From contig LBQR01000003.1 in the NCBI GenBank assembly GCA_000990945.1, positions 11,089 to 75,088 of the forward strand: a DNA stretch of 64,000 bases, given 5' to 3'. This document shows positions 49,380 through 58,792 of this stretch, one piece after another (within the stretch, counting starts at the first letter, position 1; each line of letters opens with the position of its first letter). The position numbers and the translations under genes are program-made. Under the pieces are notes generated by a model. It saw only the letters and a list, made by a program, of their open reading frames with translations, made no database searches and had not been told where the DNA came from. This DNA comes from Candidatus Moranbacteria bacterium GW2011_GWF2_35_54 (GTDB lineage: Bacteria; Patescibacteriota; Minisyncoccia; Moranbacterales; UBA9337).

Positions 49380-49589
49380 ATGGCAGAACGAAATAAACCC
49401 AATGAAAACGCTAGCGAAAATGAGCACCCCTGCGATATTGAAATTCGCGCCCTGCAAGAATCCGCCCGGAGCATAATCAATATTGAGGAGGTTTTTTGGA
49501 GAAGAAGCGCCCTTGCCAATGAAGAATTTTGGGATTATGTCCAAAGAATTCGTGCGCTTCAAAAAAAGCGGAGGCAAGAAGATGAATAA
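49380..49589 (+). CDS. Small hypothetical protein
   Basis: SD GGAGGAG; terminator near 49598-49632. Confidence 0.6.
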   Translation: MAERNKPNENASENEHPCDIEIRALQESARSIINIEEVFWRRSALANEEFWDYVQRIRALQKKRRQEDE

Positions 49590-49636
49590 GGTTTTAACCC
49601 CGCAGGCTGCGTGCCAGTCTGCGGGTGTTTTTATTT

Positions 49637-49686
49637 AAAAATAGCGGTCCAACCGCTAAAGCTTTAGCGGTTGGACCGCTATTTTT
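49637..49686. repeat. Perfect REP-like palindrome
   Basis: aaaaatagcggtccaaccgctaaag|ctttagcggttggaccgctattttt. Confidence 0.75.
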
Positions 49687-49791
49687 TAAGGTTGTTTTAT
49701 TTCTTTTTATGTTTATTTGCTTTAATGCTATTTTGTTTTTATGTTTTATGTTAAACTTATTTTTGTAAGAGTTTATTTTTCACCTTTTATT

Positions 49792-51084
49792 ATGCACGTT
49801 CTAAACATTCTCACAACTTCATCTGATACTTTTTCCTTGATCGCTTATTTCATCATTTTTTTGGTAGCTCTTTTTGAGTCCATTCCGATGTTTGGATTTT
49901 TTATCCCCGGCCAAATTGTGGCTGTAACGGCCGGACTAATAGCTAAAGTTGGTTCCTTAGATATTGTCATTGTGATAATTGTCTTATTTCTGGGCGCAGT
50001 CGCGGGAGATTTAATCGGATATCTTTTAGGGAAAAAATATGGAGAAAATTTTATTATTAAATACGGCAAATATTTTTTTCTCAAAAAAGAAAACTTTGAA
50101 AAAACTCGCAACTTAGTTAATGAACACACTGGCAAAACTATTATCATCGGGCGATTTAACTCTGTTACCCGCGCTTTTGCTCCTTTTACCGCCGGCTCCG
50201 TAGGCATTCCTTTCTCTAAATTCATTCTTTATGACATTTTGGGCGGTATCTTTTGGGCCCTATCTTTTGCGATGCTCGGCTATATTTTCGGCAATAATTA
50301 TAAAGCTATCAGTAATTATTTTGGAGAATTTATCCTTATCGCCATCCTTATCGGTGCGCTAATTATTTATCTATACAAAAAAATAAATAAAAAAAGGCGA
50401 ATTTTTGATCGCCGCCATCTTTATATTTTACTAATCAATCTTTTTTCTCTCTATGTATTTTTTAGAATGCTGGATAATTTTGTCGAACAAGAGCTTCTCG
50501 TCAGCTGGGATAAATGGATAAACTCTCATATTCAAATACTTTGGAGCCCTTTCTTAAATAAACTAATGATATTTACTACCAATTTGGGTGGCGCCACCTT
50601 TCTAATCATTGCTTCCATAATTCTTTTGGCCTTTTTCATCTCAAAAAAGAAATGGCGCTACTCTACTCTTTTAATCTTATCCTTGGCAGGAGGACAACTA
50701 CTCCAAGTTTTAACCAAACACCTAATTGGCCGAGAACGCCCACTTGACGCGCTCATCCAAGCTTCCGGCTTTAGTTTGCCCAGTGGTCACGCTACCAGAA
50801 TTGCGATATTTTTTGCTCTTTTAATTTATTATTTTAAAAATCATCTCAAAAATTCCTACTTAAAGTATTTCCTCATTACGCTTTGTTTTTTTATTATTTT
50901 AAGTGTAGGTTTTAGTCGTATTTATCTCAGTGTCCATTGGTTTACTGATGTTATTGCTGGGTTTGCACTGGGAATTTTTTGGCTTACTTTCCTCATCCTA
51001 ACACTTGAAGTAGTTTCAACAGTCTTTAAAGAAAAAATAACTAAATTAAAAAATTACCTTAATAAAAACTCTAGAAGTTTATAA
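49792..51084 (+). CDS. DedA/VTT plus PAP2 phosphatase fusion
   Basis: ESIPMFGFFIPG, GDLIGY, GRF; K..IGRERP, SLPSGHA, SRIYLSVHWFTDV. Confidence 0.92.
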   Translation: MHVLNILTTSSDTFSLIAYFIIFLVALFESIPMFGFFIPGQIVAVTAGLIAKVGSLDIVIVIIVLFLGAVAGDLIGYLLGKKYGENFIIKYGKYFFLKKENFEKTRNLVNEHTGKTIIIGRFNSVTRAFAPFTAGSVGIPFSKFILYDILGGIFWALSFAMLGYIFGNNYKAISNYFGEFILIAILIGALIIYLYKKINKKRRIFDRRHLYILLINLFSLYVFFRMLDNFVEQELLVSWDKWINSHIQILWSPFLNKLMIFTTNLGGATFLIIASIILLAFFISKKKWRYSTLLILSLAGGQLLQVLTKHLIGRERPLDALIQASGFSLPSGHATRIAIFFALLIYYFKNHLKNSYLKYFLITLCFFIILSVGFSRIYLSVHWFTDVIAGFALGIFWLTFLILTLEVVSTVFKEKITKLKNYLNKNSRSL

Positions 51085-51112
51085 AGTTGCAAGTTTTTAA
51101 AGTTTATAAAGT
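51075..51112. repeat. 9-mer array (AAAGTTTAT), left flank of the four-helix-bundle gene
   Basis: aagtttataaagttgcaagtttttaaagtttataaagt directly before the ATG. Confidence 0.75.
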
Positions 51113-51463
51113 ATGGTAAAAATAGAAAAATTTGAAGATATTATTGTTTGGCAAAAATCAAAATTACTCATTGTTGATGTGTATAAAGATTTTAGAGACT
51201 GTAGAGATTATGCTTTCCGTGATCAAATTCAAAGAGCTTCCGTTTCAATAATGAATAATATTGCAGAAGGCTACGAAAGAATGGATAACAAAGAATTCGC
51301 AAAATTTTTGTATATTGCTAAAGGTTCGTGTGGGGAGGTTCGTTCAATGCTTCACTTAGCATTAGATTTGGGATACATTAGCGAAAAAACCTTTAATTTA
51401 AACTTAGAGAGAACACTAGAAATCTCTAGAATGCTATCGGGCTTTATCAAAAAGCTAAAATAA
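51113..51463 (+). CDS. Four-helix-bundle protein (23S rRNA IVS protein / TIGR02436 family, Avd-like fold)
   Basis: FEDIIVWQKS...DQIQRASVSIMNNIAEG...FLYIAKGSCGEVRSML. Confidence 0.93.
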   Translation: MVKIEKFEDIIVWQKSKLLIVDVYKDFRDCRDYAFRDQIQRASVSIMNNIAEGYERMDNKEFAKFLYIAKGSCGEVRSMLHLALDLGYISEKTFNLNLERTLEISRMLSGFIKKLK

Positions 51464-51518
51464 GCCACTAAAAAATCATTCGCTTCATAAATTCTTTTTA
51501 TTTTGGAAACTTTCTCTC

Positions 51519-51548
51519 ACTTTACAAACTTTATAAACTTTATGAACT
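51519..51548. repeat. Inverted 9-mer array (ATAAACTTT), right flank
   Basis: actttacaaactttataaactttatgaact, reverse complement of the left-flank unit. Confidence 0.75.
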
Positions 51549-51560
51549 GCGTTATTAATT

Positions 51561-52775
51561 TTATTCATAACGCAGGGCTTCTATTGGGCTTAAATTAGCC
51601 GCTCTTCGTGCTGGATAGAAACCAAAAATTATTCCTACCGCAGCTGAAACTCCGAAAGAAAGTAAGACTGAAGAAAGAGAAATACTTGAAGATAAGCTAA
51701 AGAAAACCGTTAGCAGATAAGAAGCCACAAATCCCAAAATTACTCCAGTCACTCCCCCAATAAAAGTTAATGTTATAGCTTCAGCTAAAAATTGCATATT
51801 GATGTAAAACTTTCTGACTCCCACTGCTTTACGTAAGCCGATTTCTCTAGTTCTTTCAGTTACAGTAGTAAGCATCATATTCATAATGCCGATTCCTCCT
51901 ACTAAAAGAGAGATGCCCGCAATTGAAGAAAGCAAAATAGTAATAGTCCCAGTAATACTGGAAGCGGTAGAAATAATTTCATTTTGATTCATGATTCTAA
52001 AATCAGCGTCATCAGTACTGGCAATTTTATGAGTTTCTAAGAGGACAGCCTGAATATCTTCTTGAGCCTGCGTCATAGCATCTTGGGTTTCTACGGTAAT
52101 ATTTATATTGCTAATATAGTCATTTCCGGCTAAATAATTTTGAGAGGTTTTCATTGGAACATAAACTACATCATCTTGATTATTAAAACCGCTTCCTCCT
52201 TTAGCTGTGGTTACTCCGATTACTTGAAAAATGACATTATTGATTCTAATCGTTTGCCCGACTGGATTAGCCTCTGTGCCAAAAAGAGATTCACTGGTAT
52301 CCGGTCCGATTACGGCCACCTTGGCAGAGCTTCTTACTTGATTTTCACTAAAAAACAAACCACTATCCAAAGTTACATTTTTTACCATCGCATAATCATC
52401 CGTCGTTCCGATAACTTGAGTTCGAGTATTATTATTCTTGGCTGTAATTTGATAATTACCCGTTACCGATGGAGCGATAGCTTTAATATTATCCACTTTA
52501 TCTTTAATAGCTGACACATCCTCCTCAGTTAAGGTTTGCGCGCTACCTGAGCTTTGCCTGACGCCACCGACACTCTGTGAACCAGGCATAATCATAATTA
52601 AATTAGAGCCGATCGACTCTATTTGAGTTTCGATAGATTTCTTTGATCCCTGACCAATTCCCACCATTGTAATTACTGAGGCAATTCCAATTACAATTCC
52701 CAAAATCGTAAGTCCGGAGCGAACCTTATTGCCCATCAGCGACCATATTACTTCTTGTATTAAATCTTTAAACAT
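51561..52775 (-). CDS. MacB/FtsX-type ABC permease
   Basis: RSGLTILGIVIGI, VGGIGIMNMM, ERTREIG, PIEALRYE. Confidence 0.93.
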   Translation of the reverse strand: MFKDLIQEVIWSLMGNKVRSGLTILGIVIGIASVITMVGIGQGSKKSIETQIESIGSNLIMIMPGSQSVGGVRQSSGSAQTLTEEDVSAIKDKVDNIKAIAPSVTGNYQITAKNNNTRTQVIGTTDDYAMVKNVTLDSGLFFSENQVRSSAKVAVIGPDTSESLFGTEANPVGQTIRINNVIFQVIGVTTAKGGSGFNNQDDVVYVPMKTSQNYLAGNDYISNINITVETQDAMTQAQEDIQAVLLETHKIASTDDADFRIMNQNEIISTASSITGTITILLSSIAGISLLVGGIGIMNMMLTTVTERTREIGLRKAVGVRKFYINMQFLAEAITLTFIGGVTGVILGFVASYLLTVFFSLSSSISLSSVLLSFGVSAAVGIIFGFYPARRAANLSPIEALRYE

Positions 52776-52828
52776 ATTAGCACGTTAGCATATTAGCATA
52801 TTAACAATGGAACAAAAAAATTATTCGT

Positions 52829-52945
52829 GTGTCATCTCGAGCGAAACGACAGTGGAGTCGAGAGATCTAATAAATTTTATATACAATTAAGATTTCTCCA
52901 CGCATAAATTTATGAGTACATAAATTTATTTGGTCGAAATGACAT
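52829..52945 (+). repeat. Family B element, copy 2 (longer form)
   Basis: gtgtcatctcgagcgaaacgacagtggagtcgagagatct...agatttctcc...ggtcgaaatgacat. Confidence 0.88.
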
Positions 52946-52989
52946 ACACCTAGAACATTCACAATTTTTAATTATTCATTTTTAATTTT

Positions 52990-53667
52990 TTAATTAATTT
53001 TGTCTGATTCAATCTCTCCATCTCTGATCGTGATAATTCGATTAGCATATTGCGCCACTTCCATTTCATGCGTAATTAACACAACTGTATGTCCTTTATC
53101 ATTTAATTCTTTAAGCGCATTCATCACCAAATGGCTAGTCTTCGTATCCAAATTTCCCGTCGGTTCATCCGCTAAAATTATAGCGGGATCATTGATAAGC
53201 GCTCTAGCAATAGCTACTCTCTGCATCTGACCACCTGAAAGCTGATTGGAAAGATTATAAAATTTATCCTCATCCATTCCTGCATATCTCAAACATTCCC
53301 TGGCCTTCTCTTCTCTTTTTGTTCTATCTATTCCTGAGTAAATAAGAGGCATCATTACATTTCTCATCACGCTCGTTCTGGGCAAAAGGTTAAAGGATTG
53401 AAAAACAAAACCTATTTTATTTCTTCGTAAATCAGAAAGCTCATCATCATCTAACTTGGAAACTTCCGCCCCATCCAAAAAATATGTCCCGTCTGTTGGC
53501 GAATCCAAAGCTCCCAAAATATGCATCAAAGTTGATTTTCCGCTTCCACTTGGGCCAATAATAGATACGAATTCTCCCTTATCAATTTTAAAAGAAATTC
53601 CTTTAAGCGCTTTAGTTTCCACGTCCCCATTAACATATATTTTTTGGATATTTTTGCATTCAATCAT
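52990..53667 (-). CDS. ABC transporter ATP-binding protein (MacB/LolD-like)
   Basis: GPSGSGKST, LSGGQ, ILADEPTGNLD. Confidence 0.95.
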   Translation of the reverse strand: MIECKNIQKIYVNGDVETKALKGISFKIDKGEFVSIIGPSGSGKSTLMHILGALDSPTDGTYFLDGAEVSKLDDDELSDLRRNKIGFVFQSFNLLPRTSVMRNVMMPLIYSGIDRTKREEKARECLRYAGMDEDKFYNLSNQLSGGQMQRVAIARALINDPAIILADEPTGNLDTKTSHLVMNALKELNDKGHTVVLITHEMEVAQYANRIITIRDGEIESDKIN

Positions 53668-53768
53668 AATTATATTTTTTAAGACTTATGCGCTTAAGCT
53701 ATGCAATTCCAGTTTCTAAAAAATAATATTTAAAAACGCAAGTCCTGTCTTTATTTAATATTCATTAA

Positions 53769-54983
53769 TTAATCCCGCGGACCACCGCCACCGCTTATAC
53801 CAGGAATTCTTATCGAGGAACTGTTGCTTTTATTGTTAGTGCTCGAAATACTGCTAGTAGCTGTTTGTCCACCTGTGGTAGTTATTGTTTTGGTAACAAC
53901 TTCTTGCCCCTCGGTAATTCCGCTTACTATTTCAGTGTTAACATCGTTAGTGTTTCCTGCTGTTACATTAATTTTTTTGGGCACGCCTCGTTCTAACACT
54001 TCTACATAATCTCCTTTTTGACCATTTTTAATGGCACCACTGGGAATCATTATTACATTTTCTTTTTTATCAACTGAAATAACAGACGAGACGCTCATTG
54101 TGGGCTTAATGCGATCATCCAATTGATCGAATTTCACAGTTACTCCATAACTCACTACGCCTGATGTAGCTGTACCAATTGAATCTATTTTTTCCACTTC
54201 TCCGGTAAAATTTGTATCCGCCAGAGCATCCAGCGTGATAGAAACTTTTTGCCCGACTGCTACTTTGGCGATATCTACTTCATTAACAGGGATTTCGGCT
54301 TTTAAAGTTTTTAAATCACCCACAATAAGCGCTGACTCACTTGCATTATTGGAAGAAGAACCTAACTCATCTCCATTTTTTATTGAAACTTCTATAATTG
54401 TTCCAGCAATCGGAGAAGTAACTTTTCTCTTGCCAGCGTCTGAAACTATATTTCTATAAGAAGATGCAGAAGCGCTCAGACTTTTTTGGGCCTGAATTAT
54501 GGAACCTTCGGCTAAATCTATTTTATTTTTTAAAACATCCAATTGCCTACCGGTATAAGCATCATCGTCATCATCATCTTTATTTTTTGCTACTCTGTAT
54601 TCTGCTTCGGCTGAAAGTTTTGAATTTTTAGCTGAGTCTAAATTATTTAAAGCTTGCTGATAAGAAGCATTAGATTGAGCTACATTTGCATCTAGGTCAT
54701 CATTTACAACACTAAAAAGAAAATCTCCCTTTTTAACTGTATCTCCAACCTTTACCGCCAAATCAGCAATTGTTCCGCTGATAGTTGGGTCAACAGTTTC
54801 TTGGGAATCCACCACAATGCTTCCACTGGCGATAATTGTCGATTCTAGAGTTCCCTTTTCAGCGGCTTGGGTTACGTAGCGAACGCTAGCCGTACTGGAT
54901 TTGCTTTTTTTATACCAATAAAATCCTCCTCCCAAAACAATTAATCCTATTAGCAAACCGATATATAGTTTTTTCTTCTTCAT
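53769..54983 (-). CDS. MacA-like membrane fusion (adaptor) protein
   Basis: TM helix, lipoyl-like halves, helical hairpin, VNEVDIAKV, IKPTMS. Confidence 0.9.
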   Translation of the reverse strand: MKKKKLYIGLLIGLIVLGGGFYWYKKSKSSTASVRYVTQAAEKGTLESTIIASGSIVVDSQETVDPTISGTIADLAVKVGDTVKKGDFLFSVVNDDLDANVAQSNASYQQALNNLDSAKNSKLSAEAEYRVAKNKDDDDDDAYTGRQLDVLKNKIDLAEGSIIQAQKSLSASASSYRNIVSDAGKRKVTSPIAGTIIEVSIKNGDELGSSSNNASESALIVGDLKTLKAEIPVNEVDIAKVAVGQKVSITLDALADTNFTGEVEKIDSIGTATSGVVSYGVTVKFDQLDDRIKPTMSVSSVISVDKKENVIMIPSGAIKNGQKGDYVEVLERGVPKKINVTAGNTNDVNTEIVSGITEGQEVVTKTITTTGGQTATSSISSTNNKSNSSSIRIPGISGGGGPRD

Positions 54984-55106
54984 CTTTATCAAATTAAAAT
55001 ATTATAATTAAAACATTTTTTATGCATATTAATAATACGATTTCTATCCAAAAAGTTTGCAAAAACCGCTTGCCTGCTGGCAAGCGGAAAATTAAATTAA
55101 TTATTT

Positions 55107-55526
55107 TTATTCAACTGCATTTGCGCCAGTTTGTGCTTGAGATCCGCCTTTTCCCGGCCCTCCTTTTGGCATATCAGCAGATTTACATGCGACTATTTCA
55201 CTGTTTTGCATCTGTGTGCATACTCCTGATATTTTTTTAACCTCGTTTTCTTCATTGTTTCTAGCAGGCATAGCTACTTCACAACTGTCTCCAATAGCTT
55301 TTCCGTTACAAACAGTTTCGGCTTCTGCAGAAAACTTTCCTGCACCTCTATCGCTTCTTTCACCATTAACTCCTTGCACAGCTTGGTTTTGCACCTGATT
55401 TTGCTCCATGTTTTTATTTTCTTCTCCGGTTTTTTGAGTCTCTTTTCCCCCGCAGCCTGCCAATGAAAAAGATATTCCTATTAAAAATAAAAAAACAATA
55501 CTCAGTTTAATATTTCTTCTTAACAT
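55107..55526 (-). CDS. Putative lipoprotein with a Cys motif
   Basis: Lipobox LAGC; CNGKAIGDSC...GVC...AC. Confidence 0.75.
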   Translation of the reverse strand: MLRRNIKLSIVFLFLIGISFSLAGCGGKETQKTGEENKNMEQNQVQNQAVQGVNGERSDRGAGKFSAEAETVCNGKAIGDSCEVAMPARNNEENEVKKISGVCTQMQNSEIVACKSADMPKGGPGKGGSQAQTGANAVE

Positions 55527-55806
55527 TTTTATTATTTATTATTTATATTAAAATATGGTGATTCAATCTAGATTTTAAATCACACATTGGCCATATAAAT
55601 ATTACGCACAAAAAAAATAAAGTTTGCAGTTACTACGAATTACGAATCTATATAAATATATGAATTTAAGAATTTGGAAATTTATGATTTTAAGAACAAA
55701 ATAAACAAGATTTATTTGAATATTATAATTTTCAATGACTGGTTACAGATGACTGATGACTTTGTGATTTAATTTTATTTGACATTTGGATTTTGAAATT
55801 TTAAAC

Positions 55807-56523
55807 TTAACGCCTGTCTGGTTTTCTATCAAAGGGTGGTGGCAAAACCAATGAAGCCTTGAAAATATGCTCGCCTATTTTTTCTCCGATAATAGCCACC
55901 ATAATATTTTCTTCCATTTTTCTAATTTTAAATTCTGTTTCATTCGAATAGCGAACCTCCCAAACTTCATTATCAAATCCCCTTAAATTAAAAAACTCTT
56001 CATCTATTTTAATTATTTTTCCACCCAATAATCCCTCTTGCGGATCTTGCCATCTTTTTTCTACAGGAAAAGCAATTCCTCTGGACATCGGCCTGTTAAA
56101 CATTTTGCCTTCTCCCATATGCCTATTAATCTTAGCTAAATGTAAAAACGCTCCCAGCATAGAAATAATTAAAACTCCGATACTGGTAATAAAAAGAATG
56201 CTATATCGATATCCTCTTTTGGTTTTTTTAATCGCTAAAAATCCACTCACTCCGGCCAAAATGGCTAACACTATCCACAGATAAGGAGCGGTTCTAGCTA
56301 AAATAAAAAATATTCTTCCCAAACCTAATTGGCGAATAACACTTGGATGAATATCTAATAAGTTTAAAATAATAAAAGAAAAAAATATCGCCCCCAAAAA
56401 CAAAGTGGTCATCCAAATAAACCAAAAAAGATAATTTTTCCAGTTCAAAAAAATTTTTGACTCTGGGACAATTTTTTCTTGTTTTATTTTTTCAATAATT
56501 TTCTGGGCGGGATTTTTTTCCAT
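55807..56523 (-). CDS. Membrane protein downstream of the ECF sigma factor (anti-sigma candidate)
   Basis: Three TM helices plus a C-terminal beta domain; gene position. Confidence 0.7.
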   Translation of the reverse strand: MEKNPAQKIIEKIKQEKIVPESKIFLNWKNYLFWFIWMTTLFLGAIFFSFIILNLLDIHPSVIRQLGLGRIFFILARTAPYLWIVLAILAGVSGFLAIKKTKRGYRYSILFITSIGVLIISMLGAFLHLAKINRHMGEGKMFNRPMSRGIAFPVEKRWQDPQEGLLGGKIIKIDEEFFNLRGFDNEVWEVRYSNETEFKIRKMEENIMVAIIGEKIGEHIFKASLVLPPPFDRKPDRR

Positions 56524-56545
56524 ACATTTATAAATTTACACTTTT

Positions 56546-56588
56546 CACCCTCTCCCCCTCCCTGAGGGGGAGAATTAAAGAGGGGGTG
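56546..56588 (+). repeat. Family A copy
   Basis: caccctctccccctccctgagggggagaattaaagagggggtg. Confidence 0.85.
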
Positions 56589-56643
56589 AAAAAGTCAATC
56601 TCTTATTTTAAATAATAGTATTTTTAACACGTAGGTCTTATGC

Positions 56644-57174
56644 TTATATAATTTTTTTATTCTTAGCTTCTGTTAGAATAATCTTTCTTCCTCTATTTAC
56701 CAATGAAGCGATAGTGCCCTTGGGGAGTTGCACAATATCCATAATTTCTTCATAACTTTTTTCTTCGATAAACCTTAGCATCAAAACTTCTTTATATTTG
56801 TCCGGTAAATTTACGATGATATCTTTTATTTTTTCCAGCGAATCGGCATTAACATATTCTTTTTCCATATTAAGACTGGACTTAAGTACTTTTACCAAAT
56901 CTTCATCTTCTAGCCAAATAGTAGAAGGCCGTGCTTTTCTCTTTCGTATTTCATCAATCGTGGCATTTCTGGTGATCTGATAAACCCAGGTAGAAAAAGT
57001 CATTTCTGTATCATAATCATTCAAATACCGATAAATTTTAATAAAAACTTCTTGCAAAATATCTTCGATATCCTCTTGGGAAAAATAGGACATTCGGCGG
57101 ATATAACAAAACAACCGGCTCCAATACCGAGTTACAATTGCTTGAAATTCATCTGGATTTTTTATAGCTGCCAA
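56644..57174 (-). CDS. ECF (sigma-24-type) sigma factor; start uncertain
   Basis: EDILQEVFIK, FSTWVYQITRN, LRFIEEKSYEEI, GTIASLVNRGR. Confidence 0.9.
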   Translation of the reverse strand: MAAIKNPDEFQAIVTRYWSRLFCYIRRMSYFSQEDIEDILQEVFIKIYRYLNDYDTEMTFSTWVYQITRNATIDEIRKRKARPSTIWLEDEDLVKVLKSSLNMEKEYVNADSLEKIKDIIVNLPDKYKEVLMLRFIEEKSYEEIMDIVQLPKGTIASLVNRGRKIILTEAKNKKII

Positions 57175-57284
57175 TACTAAATCTTTACATGAATGTACTT
57201 ATATTATACGCCTAAGAACGAAATTGTTTGCATTAAATCATGTTAGCATATTAACATTTTAGCATGAAAACAAATAAACATGTT

Positions 57285-57333
57285 CCCTCTCCACCTCTTT
57301 GAGGGGGAGATGTCCGACAGGACAGAGGGGGTG
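57285..57333 (+). repeat. Family A copy
   Basis: ccctctccacctctttgagggggagatgtccgacaggacagagggggtg. Confidence 0.88.
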
Positions 57334-57450
57334 TTATTTTTAAATTTATAATTTTTAATTTTAAATGAATTTCCAATGATTCAATTTTAAAATCTTTATA
57401 TTTATTTGTCATCCCAAAAATTACATCAGATACAGTCCCACACTTTATGA

Positions 57451-57556
57451 CTAAAATAAAATAAATCAACTCGAAAAGAGCGTTAAGAAACTTTGTCATG
57501 GAGCGAACGCGGAACCAAAAGTTTTAGCGAGTGAGAGTTAGATTTATTTATTTTAG
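57451..57556. repeat. Long imperfect inverted repeat, MITE-like
   Basis: ctaaaataaaataaatcaactc ... gagttagatttatttattttag. Confidence 0.55.
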
Positions 57557-57709
57557 GAGTACGTGTGGCAGTTTTTTTGTAACCTTTTTTTGCTGTCAAA
57601 AAAAGTTAGTGAGAAAAATATAATAGCAAAGTCTTATGATTTAAACTTATCCACTCGCCTCGCTAAAACTCTGACTAAGCGGACGGACGGGTAATTAATA
57701 GGAAAAATA

Positions 57710-57736
57710 AAAAAATCCGCGTTAGGCGGATTTTTT
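57710..57736 (-). terminator. Terminator of rplJL
   Basis: aaaaaatccgc-gttag-gcggatttttt. Confidence 0.8.
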
Positions 57737-57753
57737 GTATATTGAAAGTAAAA

Positions 57754-58158
57754 TTATTTTAATTCAACTTTTGCGCCAGCTTCTTCCAATTTCTTTTTCA
57801 TTTCTTCAGCTTCAGCTTTGGCAACTTTTTCTTTAATCATTTTTGGAGCAGCGTCAACGATATCTTTTGACTCTTTTAATCCAAGTCCGGTAATTTCACG
57901 AACTACTTTAATAACATTGATTTTTTTGTCTCCAGCAGATGTAAGCTCTACATCAAATTGACTCTTTTCCTCAACTGCAGCGGCTTCAGCTGCAGGAGCA
58001 GCTCCCATCATCATTGGAGCAGCAGCGCTAACACCAAATTTGTCCTCTAGAACTTTCACTAATTCTGAAAGATCCAAAACACTCATTTTTTCGATCTCTG
58101 CTACTAGTTTTTCAAATTTTGCAGGAACAACGACTTCTTCTTTTTTTTCTTCTGTCAT
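57754..58158 (-). CDS. rplL: 50S ribosomal protein L7/L12
   Basis: [27 protein letters not shown]. Confidence 0.97.
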   Translation of the reverse strand: MTEEKKEEVVVPAKFEKLVAEIEKMSVLDLSELVKVLEDKFGVSAAAPMMMGAAPAAEAAAVEEKSQFDVELTSAGDKKINVIKVVREITGLGLKESKDIVDAAPKMIKEKVAKAEAEEMKKKLEEAGAKVELK

Positions 58159-58273
58159 ATGTTTAGTTCACGGTTCTTAGTTTGTAGTTCACAGTTCTAC
58201 CCACCAAAAACGTTTATTTGATTATTTAAATTAATTTTTTAACAATTTAACCTTTTAGCAATTTAACAATTTA

Positions 58274-58792
58274 TTAAGCTTTACTGTCAGCGATGGCTTT
58301 AACTACATTTACCAACCCTCTCATATTGCCCGCCAATACGTTAACGAATCCTGAGATTGGAGCATTCAAAGTTCCTACCAATTTAGCCAACATCTCTTCT
58401 TTGCTTGGAAGTTTGGCTAATGCATCTACTTCTTGAGCACTCATACCTTTAACTCCCAAAACTCCTCCCAAAATTTTCAAATTTTCATTCTCTTTGGCAA
58501 ATTTGCTTAAAATTCTTGCTGGTGCCACTTCATCATTATCTGAAATAGTAATGGCTAGTTGTCCGGCTAAGCTTTTTACATCTACCTCAATCTCAGCATT
58601 TTTCAAAGAAATCTCTATTAGATTTTTTTTAATAACATTAAGATTGGTACCCTCTTTCTTCAATCGACTTTTCAATTCATTGATATCGTTAGTTTTAACT
58701 CCACGATAATCCGCGAAAACGATAGCTTTGGAAGACTTGATTTTCTCGGTCAAATTTTTGACAATGTCTTCTTTTTGTAATCTTGTTAACAT
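58274..58792 (-). CDS. rplJ: 50S ribosomal protein L10
   Basis: DYRG, KKNL, LAKLPSKEE. Confidence 0.96.
   Translation of the reverse strand: MLTRLQKEDIVKNLTEKIKSSKAIVFADYRGVKTNDINELKSRLKKEGTNLNVIKKNLIEISLKNAEIEVDVKSLAGQLAITISDNDEVAPARILSKFAKENENLKILGGVLGVKGMSAQEVDALAKLPSKEEMLAKLVGTLNAPISGFVNVLAGNMRGLVNVVKAIADSKA

Noticed and set aside
51113-51463. Diversity-generating retroelement suggested by the Avd-like fold
   Set aside because: No reverse transcriptase, and I saw no template/variable repeat pair differing at adenines.
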